Shown one piece after another: positions 46,695 to 55,117 of a stretch of 64,000 nucleotides of DNA. The stretch is from positions 1 to 64,000 of the forward strand of contig JBGQBE010000013.1 of the NCBI GenBank assembly GCA_041494685.1. The letters run 5' to 3'. The position numbers were made by a program, and so were the translations under genes. Source of the DNA: Dehalococcoidia bacterium. GTDB taxonomy: Bacteria; Chloroflexota; Dehalococcoidia; DSTF01; JACRBR01. Each line of letters opens with the position of its first letter. Positions within the stretch are counted from its first letter, which is position 1. The notes under the pieces were generated by a model. The model made no database searches. It was not told the origin of the DNA and worked only from the letters and a program-made list of their open reading frames with translations.

Positions 46695-48764
46695 TCAGCG
46701 GTGCGCGCCGCCCGTCTCCTCCAGCACGCCGATACTGGCCAGCCGCTCCGACAGGAACGTCGCGCGATCGCGCCGCCGCACGGGCTGCCCGCAGTCGGGG
46801 CACACGTTGAACCGCGACAGCTTTTCCGTATAGTCGACCACCGTCTGGATCACCGCGCCGTGGCTCCACGTTAGCGGCGACACAGAGAGCGGCGCGTCGG
46901 TCTGCGGGTCCACCTGCTCGGCGAGCACGCCGCTTGGCAGGGCTCGCGAAGCCACCCACCGCAAGAGTTCCAGCGCCGGCGCCAGATCATCGGCGGTGTG
47001 TGCGACGGCGATGTGCCAGCGCGCCAGCCACAGCGTGCACACGAACCACGGGTTCCCGGGCACGCTCGCGTCCGCCGACCCGCGCTGATACTCGTCGTGC
47101 TCGTACCGCGCCAGGCCGCCGACGGGCGTCGGCACCCACAGCTTCTCCCGCATGTGCGCCACCGTGCTGGCGATGCGCGGGTCGTCCGCGTCGAACATGT
47201 CAAACAGGAACAGTCCGCACACGCTTGCGTCCACCGTCATGTCCGCCTCGTACGTGCCGTCGCCGACAGACGGGAAGATCGACCGCAGGAACCGCTGCTC
47301 GCCGTCGTGCCAGAGGTAGCGCTCCGCCGCCGACTTCATCCGGCGTGCGGCGAGCGCCATCCGCTGCGCGTCGTCCGTGTCGCCGAACACGGCGAAGAAC
47401 CGCGCCGCGGCCATCAACCCCGCCCACGTGGCGGCAATGGTCCATGCGTGGACGCCGCGCCGCTCCTCCCACAGGTCGTACGATGGCTGCGGCAGCCCGT
47501 TCGCGTCGACGTACGATGCCATGAACTCCGCCGCCGGCCGAATCATCGTCCGGTATAGCGGCCGCACGAACTCCACGTCGTGGAACTTGTCGAAGTGGTG
47601 CCACAGCGCCCATAGCGGAAGGCCCGTCTCGTCCTCCTGGATCGGGAGCTGCCGCTCGCCGCGTTCCCACCATGCGTGCCAGGAGCTGGCCAGCGAGCCG
47701 TCCGTGTTGTACTTGTGCATCCAGTAGCCGTCTTCCGTCTGGACGCGCGAAAGAAAGTCGAAGAACGGCGTCGTCACGCCGTCATACCCGGCGTCGTCCA
47801 GCGCATGCGCCACCAGCGCCCCGTCACGCGGCCACACGTACGCGTATGTGTCCCGTGCGAACGACGCGATGTCGTAGTCCGTCGCCGCCACGATGCCGCC
47901 GTGGTGGTCGATCTGCGTCCGCACCGTCAGCAGGCTGCGCCGGAACAGCGAAGCGACATCATCGCCCACGCCGTTGAGGTCGTTCGGCTCCGCGTTCACC
48001 CACAGCCGCCAGTACGCCTGGGTGCGTGCCTGCAACGCCGCGGGCGTCTTGTCCAGAATCACCGAGTGCACGGTCTTCACATCTTCGTACGAGAAGCCGC
48101 AGGCCATCCAGTACCAGGCCGTCGTTGTCGCGCCCGGTGCCAGCGATACGTGGATCGCGCCCACGGAGTCAATCTCCCCCTGTACGACCGAGTTTCCGCT
48201 CAGCTCGCCGTCCTCCGCGTCCCGCCAGGTGCCTTCCTTACCGTCCGTCTCCTTCTTGCCGACAGCCCATTGGTCGAACCCCGGCGGTCCGTCCTCGACG
48301 CAGCCGTCCATCAAGAACCAGCGGCCGTCCTTGTAGTGGATTAGGGCCCGCCGCTGCGGGTCGAAGTACGCCGTGTCGCCGACCTCCGTCTCGTTGATGT
48401 GGAAGTCGTGGTGGAAGAACAGCCGCACTGCCCGCGGCCGCTGCGCACCGTTCGTCACCGTGAAGCGCCGGACCAGCGCGTATTCATGGAAGTCGACGAC
48501 GTCGGTACAGACGATCGACAGGTCGCCGTCGGGGTGCGTCAGCGTGACGTGCGTGGCCAGCGTATCGGCTGCGTAGCGCAGCTCCACCTTCCACGTGTCG
48601 TGCACCCAGGAGAACGCGCCGTCGACCCAGACCCCGAGACCAAAGCGATGGCCCGCGGAATGGTTCTCGCGTCCGACATGCGGGAAGTAAATGTCGCGCA
48701 GGTGATACCTGCTGTCGAAGTTGACCAGCAGGTGCCCGTTCCCGATCGGCACGTCGCGCGGCAT
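46695..48764 (-). CDS. Glycoside hydrolase family 15 (glucoamylase/trehalase-like)
   Basis: MPRDVPIGNG, YVWPRDG, IQEDET, YDLWEE, LAEQVDP, SPLTWSH; TACAAT-N6-ATG. Confidence 0.92.
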   Translation of the reverse strand: MPRDVPIGNGHLLVNFDSRYHLRDIYFPHVGRENHSAGHRFGLGVWVDGAFSWVHDTWKVELRYAADTLATHVTLTHPDGDLSIVCTDVVDFHEYALVRRFTVTNGAQRPRAVRLFFHHDFHINETEVGDTAYFDPQRRALIHYKDGRWFLMDGCVEDGPPGFDQWAVGKKETDGKEGTWRDAEDGELSGNSVVQGEIDSVGAIHVSLAPGATTTAWYWMACGFSYEDVKTVHSVILDKTPAALQARTQAYWRLWVNAEPNDLNGVGDDVASLFRRSLLTVRTQIDHHGGIVAATDYDIASFARDTYAYVWPRDGALVAHALDDAGYDGVTTPFFDFLSRVQTEDGYWMHKYNTDGSLASSWHAWWERGERQLPIQEDETGLPLWALWHHFDKFHDVEFVRPLYRTMIRPAAEFMASYVDANGLPQPSYDLWEERRGVHAWTIAATWAGLMAAARFFAVFGDTDDAQRMALAARRMKSAAERYLWHDGEQRFLRSIFPSVGDGTYEADMTVDASVCGLFLFDMFDADDPRIASTVAHMREKLWVPTPVGGLARYEHDEYQRGSADASVPGNPWFVCTLWLARWHIAVAHTADDLAPALELLRWVASRALPSGVLAEQVDPQTDAPLSVSPLTWSHGAVIQTVVDYTEKLSRFNVCPDCGQPVRRRDRATFLSERLASIGVLEETGGAHR

Positions 48765-49041
48765 GGCCGTATTGTAGTGGCTGGGGGCGTCGGCCGGGGC
48801 GATCGCCAGCACGCCATCACGCGCGCCGTAATGCGCCACTCCCGCCTGTGTCGCAGACCGGGCGGACGGACGATGGCCGGCGAATTCTGAAGATATCCCC
48901 GTCGGGATCATGGCTCGGGCGGTGCGCGAGATGCCAGCGTGCCAATATTGCCGCTCCGGCAATTGCGGTGATCGCCGGTAGCGGCCTAGGGCAACGGACA
49001 GACCACCCTGCTCCGCTGGGCGGCCCATCCAAGGTTGTAGC

Positions 49042-49396
49042 TGGTGGAGACGGGGGAGAATTGAACTCCCCGTCCAGGTGAGAGACGCCCTGAGTATCCT
49101 ACAAGCTTATCCCTACAGTTAGATCTCGCCGCGTCCGTCCGCTGAGGGCCCGTGCGTACGCGGCCAGCCGATGATCTTAGGCACGCAGTATCGGTGTCAT
49201 GCGCGCAGCGCCCCGGACAAATCGTCGCTCATTCCCGCCCCGCCGGGGGTAGAACCGGGATGAACGTCACTGCCTAGGCAGCGAGGGCGAGTTGTCGTTC
49301 GCCGTTTATGTTTTGGCCACCAAGATTATGGAGGTCGATGGCCGCCCTCCGCCTGCAACTCAGATCCGCCGATCCCTGTCGAGCCCTTTCGTCCCC
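49042..49396 (-). ncRNA. ssrA: tmRNA, one-piece; tag (A)GERQLALAA
   Basis: 5' GGGGACG pairs with CGTCTCC-ACCA 3' including G3.U70; T-arm GGGAG-TTCAATT-CTCCC; resume codon after ATAAAC; tag ORF 49303-49274; smpB is about 1 kb upstream. Confidence 0.96.
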
Positions 49397-49501
49397 ATAA
49401 CGATCGGGCACCCGCAGGTGCCGCAGATGCTTCACAGCCATTGTAGCGCGTCCGGGAGGCGCGCTGCTGGGGCGGCAGGGCAGGGGGCCTCGCCCCCGCG
49501 G

Positions 49502-50410
49502 CTACGGGGTCCACTGCGGCGCGCCGGTGACGACGACATCGCGTAGCTTGCGGACGCCGCCGTTGCGGACGTCCACGTCGCTGAGGCCGCGTGCGGTGGT
49601 AACGTAGATATGATGGCCATCGCCGCTGTACGTCAGCGACGGCGCGGCGTCCTGCAGGGCGGCGAGCACCGTCGCCTGGCCGCCGGACGACGGCAGCGTG
49701 TAGAGGTCCAGCGGTGCCGATGGCGCGGCGGCGGCGGTAAACGCGACGGTCTTGCCATCGGGCGAGAAGCGCGGCGACATGACCGCGGCAAACTGCGCGC
49801 CCGGCGCCATCAGGGACGACGGTGCGGAGCCGTCGATCGCGGCGACGGACAGCGCTCCCGGCTGTGCCTGTGTCGTGTAGACGATGCGTCGGCGGTCGCG
49901 GGAGACGCCAAACGACGTCACGCCGTCGAGCACCTTGGTACGCTCGCCGGTGCCCGCGACGATGCGCTCCAGGGTGTAGATGACCTTGCCGCCGCCGGCC
50001 GCGCGGATCACCGCCAGCACGTGCAGGTCATCACTCCACTGCGGCGAGATCACGCGCAACGCGCTGCCGCCGTGCTGCAAGACCATGTGGGAGTCCGTGC
50101 CGTCGCGGTTCGCGACCTGCAGATCGGATACCGGATCCTGCGAGGCGCCGCCGGGCAGATCGTGCACGTAGGCGATGCGCTTGCCATCGGGAGACAGCGC
50201 GGGATCAGCCAATCCGATGCTGTTGCCGCCGACCGGCGCGAGCAGCAACTTCTCCGCCCCGTCGCCGAGGTGATAGCCGATGATGCCGCCGGGAGTCCCG
50301 TACAGCAGTTGACCGGGCCCGCCGCCACCGCCACAGGCCGCCACGGCGGCGCAGCATGCCAGCAGCGTGGACACGACGATTCGGGAGGGGAGGGCCCAGA
50401 CGGCGCGCAC
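49502..50410 (-). CDS. TolB-like/WD40 (PD40) beta-propeller lipoprotein
   Basis: AVAACGGG lipobox; PALSPDGKRIAY, SPRFSPDGKTVAF repeats. Confidence 0.8.
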   Translation of the reverse strand: MRAVWALPSRIVVSTLLACCAAVAACGGGGGPGQLLYGTPGGIIGYHLGDGAEKLLLAPVGGNSIGLADPALSPDGKRIAYVHDLPGGASQDPVSDLQVANRDGTDSHMVLQHGGSALRVISPQWSDDLHVLAVIRAAGGGKVIYTLERIVAGTGERTKVLDGVTSFGVSRDRRRIVYTTQAQPGALSVAAIDGSAPSSLMAPGAQFAAVMSPRFSPDGKTVAFTAAAAPSAPLDLYTLPSSGGQATVLAALQDAAPSLTYSGDGHHIYVTTARGLSDVDVRNGGVRKLRDVVVTGAPQWTP

Positions 50411-50428
50411 TGCGATGGTCCCTTCCGG

Positions 50429-50887
50429 TCAGCGGACGCTATGTCGCATCGCGCGCTGGATGTCGCGTTCGGCGTCGCGCTTCGCGATCGCCTGGCGCTT
50501 GTCGTACTGTTTGCGGCCGCGCACGAGGCCGAGTTCGACCTTCGCCATGCCGTTCTTGAGGTACATGCTGAGCGGGATGACGGAGAGCCCCTTCTCGTTC
50601 ATCGCGCTCACCCACTCGCGGATCTGCGCCTTGTGCAGAAGGAGCCGCCGCGGGCGGGTGGGCTCGTGGTTCTGCCAGCTGCCGGCGCCGTACTCGGCGA
50701 TGTGCGCTCCGTACAGCCACATCTCGCCGTCGAGGGGCCGCGCGTGCGCCTCGCGGATGTTGGCGCCACCGGCGCGGATCGACTTGATCTCGGTGCCGGT
50801 GAGCGAGATACCGGCCTCGACGCGTTCGAGGATCTCGTAGTCGTGGAACGCCTTGCGGTTGGCGGCGATCGGCTTGATCTCTGCCAT
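50429..50887 (-). CDS. smpB: SsrA-binding protein
   Basis: NRKAFHDY, EAGISLTGTEIKSIR, RLLLHK, GRKQYDKR. Confidence 0.98.
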   Translation of the reverse strand: MAEIKPIAANRKAFHDYEILERVEAGISLTGTEIKSIRAGGANIREAHARPLDGEMWLYGAHIAEYGAGSWQNHEPTRPRRLLLHKAQIREWVSAMNEKGLSVIPLSMYLKNGMAKVELGLVRGRKQYDKRQAIAKRDAERDIQRAMRHSVR

Positions 50888-50897
50888 GGTCGTGCCG

Positions 50898-52229
50898 CTA
50901 GCCGCCGGCGCGCGTCGGCGTCGCCTTGGTCTCAGGCGTGGACGGCTCCGGCGTCAGCGCCTCGTGAGGCGTCGTGTCGGTAGCGCGCAGCACGTCGATC
51001 GCCTTCCAGAGCTGCACGTCGCGCCGTTGGTCGATGTCGTCGTTGCTCATGGTCACGGGGATGTCGGGGCGGATACCCACGCCGTCGATCAGCGTGCCAT
51101 CTGGCGTCAGCCACTTGGCGATGCTGATGTAGAGCTGGCCGCCGTCCTTGAGGTCGTTCGAGACGTTCACCGTCCCCTTGCCGAACGACTTCTCGCCGAC
51201 GATCGTCGCCCGGCCGTTGTCCTTGAGCGCGGCGGAGAGCACCTCCGACCCGCTGGCGCTGAAGCGGTTGAGGATGATCACGACGGGGATCGTCAGCGCG
51301 ACGCCGCCGCTCTTCGACGTGAACTGGGTCTTGCCGCCGTCGCGCTCCTGCTCCGTGAGGATGGTCTTGTCTCCGTCGAGGAATTCGTCGGCGATGTCGG
51401 CCGTGATCCGCAGCAGGCCGCCGGGGTTGTTGCGCAGATCCAGGATCAGGCCCTTCTTACCGCCGGCGACGACATCGGTCAGCGCCTTCTTCATCTCGTC
51501 TTCCGTGGTCTCCGTGAACTCACGGATGTGGATGTAGCCGAGATCGTCGATTGTGGCGCCGGAGCCGTCCTTCAGCACGCCGCCGGGGGGCACCGTGGTG
51601 ACGCTCTGGACCTTGATCTCGTCGCGCTCGATCTCGATCGTCTCTTCCTGGCCGCCGTCGGCGTGTTTGACGGTCAGCGTGACTTTCGTGCCACGGGGGC
51701 CGCGGATCTTCAGGACCGCCTTCTCCTGCGACCATCCCGCAGTCGACTCGCCATTGACAGCTTCGATGATGTCGCCGGCCTTGAGGCCAGCGCGCGCCGC
51801 CGGGGTATTCTCGATGGGCGCCACGATGATGATCTGGCCGTTCTGCTGCGCGACGGTCGCGCCAATGCCATCGAACTTGCCGGAGGGCCCGACGCTCGTC
51901 TTGAGGGTGTTCGGGTCGACATAAAACGTCCCGCTGTCGGGGAACGTCTGCAGCATGCCGGTGATCGCCGCCTGGTAGAGCGTCTGGTCGTCGACCAGGC
52001 TGGGGTCGACGTACTTCTGGTGCAGCAGTTGCAGGATCTGATTCAGGTTCGCGAAGTTGGCGTTCGTGGCGGAATTGCTATTACCCGCACTCCCGTTGGT
52101 AGCGCCATTCGACTGGCCTGACTGGACGTAGACGGTCTTGTCGCCGTGCGCGACGTAGCCGATCGCTCCGGCAAGGATGAGTATCGAGACGGCGAGGAGA
52201 CCGAGTACGGTCCAGCGGGCGGCTTTCAT
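50898..52229 (-). CDS. S41 carboxyl-terminal processing protease (CtpA/Prc) with PDZ
   Basis: FDGIG, IRGPRGT, LDLRNNPGG, SASGSE, SFGKG, WLTPDG, GIRPD. Confidence 0.94.
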   Translation of the reverse strand: MKAARWTVLGLLAVSILILAGAIGYVAHGDKTVYVQSGQSNGATNGSAGNSNSATNANFANLNQILQLLHQKYVDPSLVDDQTLYQAAITGMLQTFPDSGTFYVDPNTLKTSVGPSGKFDGIGATVAQQNGQIIIVAPIENTPAARAGLKAGDIIEAVNGESTAGWSQEKAVLKIRGPRGTKVTLTVKHADGGQEETIEIERDEIKVQSVTTVPPGGVLKDGSGATIDDLGYIHIREFTETTEDEMKKALTDVVAGGKKGLILDLRNNPGGLLRITADIADEFLDGDKTILTEQERDGGKTQFTSKSGGVALTIPVVIILNRFSASGSEVLSAALKDNGRATIVGEKSFGKGTVNVSNDLKDGGQLYISIAKWLTPDGTLIDGVGIRPDIPVTMSNDDIDQRRDVQLWKAIDVLRATDTTPHEALTPEPSTPETKATPTRAGG

Positions 52230-52352
52230 TCCACCAGCACTCCTTTGCTGAGCCGTACGGAGGCGGGGCGCCCACGCCGGAGGTTGATTGAGCCGAAGTC
52301 TAGCATCCGCGTGAACCGGCGACCAATACGGGCGGCTGCCCGCGGCGGCCGC

Positions 52353-53171
52353 TCACGCGACGTCTGACTCCGGCTGGCCGCGGCCCCGGATACGCGCCTT
52401 TACCTCGTACAGCCGCTTGTCGGCGATATGGAGCAGCTCGCCCGCGGAGCGGGAGTCGTCCGGGCAGACGGCCATGCCGATGGCGATGCCGAGCTTCACG
52501 TCCTCGCCCTGCGATCCGAGGGCGGTGGCCTGCGTGACAGCGGCCTCGAGCTTCCGCGCCGTGGCCGCCGCCTCATCCGCGCCGGTGTTCGGCAGGATGA
52601 CGACGAACTCATCGCCGCCGTAGCGCGCGCCGATGTCGCTGCCGCGGATCTGCGTGGCGATGACCTGACCGACGATGCTCAGGCACTTGTCTCCGAGGAT
52701 ATGGCCGAACGAGTCGTTGATCTGCTTGAAATTGTTCATGTCCATGAGGAGCACGGCGAGTGGCTGGCCGTAGCGAATCGCCCGTTCGACCTCGTGAGAG
52801 AGCTGCTCGTAGAAGTACCGGTGGTTGTAGAGGCCGGTGAGCGCGTCGCGGTACGCCATGGTGCGGAGGCGCTGGCTCAGCTCCTCGAGGTGCGCGGAGT
52901 ATGCGCGCTCGAGGTCGACGTGCGTACTGCGGGAGTGAGCCGCCATGAAGATGCCGTAGGCGGCGCAGATCAGCAAGCCGAACAGGCCGATGGCGCTGGA
53001 AGTCGCTGTTGACATAAGCGATGGCCCGGCGAGGATCGCGGCAGCCGCCGCGGCCAGCAGGGCCAGGCCCACGAGCTTCACGACCGTGTCGGATGGACGA
53101 CGTCCGCCGCGTCGAGACCCAGGCCGGGGGCCGACATCGTCCAGGATGCCGTGGCGGGCTTCCTTGGTCAT
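52353..53171 (-). CDS. Two-TM diguanylate cyclase
   Basis: DALTGLYN, DMNNFKQINDSFGH, RGSD I-site, RYGGDEF; start position uncertain. Confidence 0.9.
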   Translation of the reverse strand: MTKEARHGILDDVGPRPGSRRGGRRPSDTVVKLVGLALLAAAAAAILAGPSLMSTATSSAIGLFGLLICAAYGIFMAAHSRSTHVDLERAYSAHLEELSQRLRTMAYRDALTGLYNHRYFYEQLSHEVERAIRYGQPLAVLLMDMNNFKQINDSFGHILGDKCLSIVGQVIATQIRGSDIGARYGGDEFVVILPNTGADEAAATARKLEAAVTQATALGSQGEDVKLGIAIGMAVCPDDSRSAGELLHIADKRLYEVKARIRGRGQPESDVA

Positions 53172-53293
53172 ATTGATACGCCGCGATGCGTCGTCGGCCG
53201 CGTACACGGACAGCGACACCGGGCATGGCACCCGGTGACGTGCGTGCGGACGCGGGACTGAACCGACGCTTCCGGCCAGGTCCTCCACATGGA

Positions 53294-53321
53294 GTATCGG
53301 AGTTCCCTTAGGTGGTCTTGA
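53294..53321 (-). promoter_or_regulatory. sigma28-like promoter
   Basis: TCAA-N16-TCCGATAC, same spacing as the 46559-46586 site. Confidence 0.6.
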
Positions 53322-53477
53322 GAGGCAGTCGTGTGGCGAGGGAATCTGAGGGCCCGGCATGCGCACCGCACCGCAAGCCGCATCACCGCTACATAAGATT
53401 TATAGTGCGAAGTACAGCTTTGGCTAACGCGATGATGCGGCCGACGGTCCACGCCGGCCGCATCTGAATGCTTCGGG

Positions 53478-54323
53478 TTACGGGCGGGTCTCCCCGCTCT
53501 CGACGCCGCGCCGGGAGTTACGGAGGATGTCGATGACGGCGCTGAGTGGTGCGCTGTCGGCTTCGATCTCCCGCTCCGTCTGGACGATATCGACCAGCTC
53601 GGTGCTGGGTATCGCTGCCAGTGGCCGCAGGCCGACGCTGTTGCGCCAGCGTGCGATCATCGCGGACGTGGATGTGTGCAGTTCCTCGGCGCTCACGGGC
53701 TCATCCTTGGGCGTCCCGATGCCGCCGTCCCGATAGCCCGGGATGCTGACATCCGGGAGCTTCGGCATCGAGAGCGTGGGCGCCTTGATCTCCGGGATGC
53801 TCACCGCCGGCAGCGAGATGCTGATTTCGGGCATGTGCCGGCTGAGCGCGGGCGTCAACGCCAGCGCGAGCCCCACCGACATGGCGGCGACGACAAAGAG
53901 CGGACTGACGCCCTGCCAGGCCGCCGCCAGAGCGAGCGCCGCGATCACACTAGCGATGCCGTATGTGCGCCAGTGTTCGCGCGGCAGCCGCGGCATCGCC
54001 GGCATGCGCCACGGCCGGCGCTCGCGCCCCGCCGGCGCCGGGCGCTCGGCACGCGCGGGACGCTTCGGTCTCGACGCGATGGGCTTGATCGCGCCCGCTT
54101 CGATCAGCACGTCGTCGCGGAACGCGTCGTACTGCTCGCGCAGGCGCGGCGTACCGAGGACGCCGTATGCCTCGTTGAGCTCGTCGAGCATGCGGCGTGC
54201 GTGGTGATTCGTAGCGGCCAGGGCCTGGTACTTGCGCGCCAGGTGCCAGTACGACTGGTCCACCATGACGCCGTCGGCGCCCGGCGTCAGCCCCAGGATC
54301 TCGTAGTAATCTCGATCACTCAT
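53478..54323 (-). CDS. J-domain-like membrane protein lacking the HPD motif
   Basis: DYYEILG...YWHLARKYQA...LNEAYGVLG...REQYD; two TM helices. Confidence 0.8.
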   Translation of the reverse strand: MSDRDYYEILGLTPGADGVMVDQSYWHLARKYQALAATNHHARRMLDELNEAYGVLGTPRLREQYDAFRDDVLIEAGAIKPIASRPKRPARAERPAPAGRERRPWRMPAMPRLPREHWRTYGIASVIAALALAAAWQGVSPLFVVAAMSVGLALALTPALSRHMPEISISLPAVSIPEIKAPTLSMPKLPDVSIPGYRDGGIGTPKDEPVSAEELHTSTSAMIARWRNSVGLRPLAAIPSTELVDIVQTEREIEADSAPLSAVIDILRNSRRGVESGETRP

Positions 54324-54631
54324 GGTGTGTCGGTGCCTCATCTGGATCGCGGGGGCCATCCAGATCAACGCCGGCGTGGTTCGGGACGTTTCTCGAACGA
54401 GTTGACGCGGCATCTCGCCGCTCCCCTACCGGGATGCGCGGCTCGCCGGCCTTCGTCAAGACACCCCATCGTGCCGCGACCAACCCCGTGTGCGGCACGC
54501 CCGACCCGGCGCGCTGCGCCGGAACGCCGGTTATTCCCTGACTCCCTTACGGGGATCATCGGCAGAACCCCTACCCGACTGATGCCGTGGTAGCGTGTCA
54601 GAGTTATGTCAAGTCTCGATTGGGCCTGGCC

Positions 54632-54658
54632 TGTCACATCCTCCTCTGTTCCCGCGTT
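54632..54658 (+). promoter_or_regulatory. ECF sigma (ECF41-like) promoter candidate
   Basis: TGTCACA-N16-CGTT upstream of the 54686 gene. Confidence 0.45.
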
Positions 54659-54685
54659 CCATGGAGTAGAGAGGGGGATGCCGCC

Positions 54686-54907
54686 ATGAACGACGCCACC
54701 GCCATCACCTCGGACGCCGTCACCGACTTTCGCGGGCAGATCATGTTCCGTTGCGGCGTCTGCCGCGTGGCTCTCACGAAAGAAGACTTCTTCGAGATGA
54801 GCCTGCGCCTTCCCGATTCGGGCGAGTCCAAGGACGACTACTGCGAAGCCGAACTGATCGACGAGATGTCGCACACCGCGTGCCTGCGCGCCGCTCGCGC
54901 CGGCTGA
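54686..54907 (+). CDS. Small acidic Cys/His (probable zinc-binding) protein
   Basis: CGVC...YC...HTAC; GAGGGGG SD. Confidence 0.65.
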   Translation: MNDATAITSDAVTDFRGQIMFRCGVCRVALTKEDFFEMSLRLPDSGESKDDYCEAELIDEMSHTACLRAARAG

Positions 54908-54915
54908 CACGCAAG

Positions 54916-54944
54916 TTGACGTTGATGCCCGATAGCGATAGCGT
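54916..54944 (+). promoter_or_regulatory. sigma70-type promoter of the riboswitch transcript
   Basis: TTGACG-N17-TAGCGT. Confidence 0.7.
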
Positions 54945-54956
54945 GCGAGCGTCCCA

Positions 54957-55066
54957 CAAAGGGGAGTAACTGGCCCGCCGACCGGCGGGCAGTCCGGATC
55001 GCCAGACCCGGCCTACAAGCCCGGTCCGGACAACCCCGCCTCACGCGGGGGCGGTGAGACCTTTGA
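54957..55066 (+). ncRNA. yybP-ykoY (Mn2+-sensing) riboswitch
   Basis: CAAAGGGGAGTAAC...ATCGCCAGAC...CCCGG...GGTGAGACCTTTG; P1 CAAAGG/CCTTTG; upstream of a cation antiporter. Confidence 0.85.
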
Positions 55067-55096
55067 TGACATGTGTCATCGAAGGTCTTTTTTCTT
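55057..55096 (+). terminator. Riboswitch intrinsic terminator (expression platform)
   Basis: AGACCTTTGATGAC-ATGT-GTCATCGAAGGTCT followed by TTTTTCTT; 5' arm is the 3' strand of aptamer P1. Confidence 0.85.
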
Positions 55097-55117
55097 GAGC
55101 GGGAGGCTCGGAAGCCG

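Noticed and set aside
48765..49060. Genomic island integrated at the tmRNA 3' end
   Set aside because: No integrase and no second copy of the ssrA 3' end seen in the window; downstream genes look native
54360..54565. c-di-AMP (ydaO) riboswitch
   Set aside because: Fragments resemble it (GGGGTG, GTAGGG, CCCGAACC) but the conserved CCCGTCAGCTAAC core is missing
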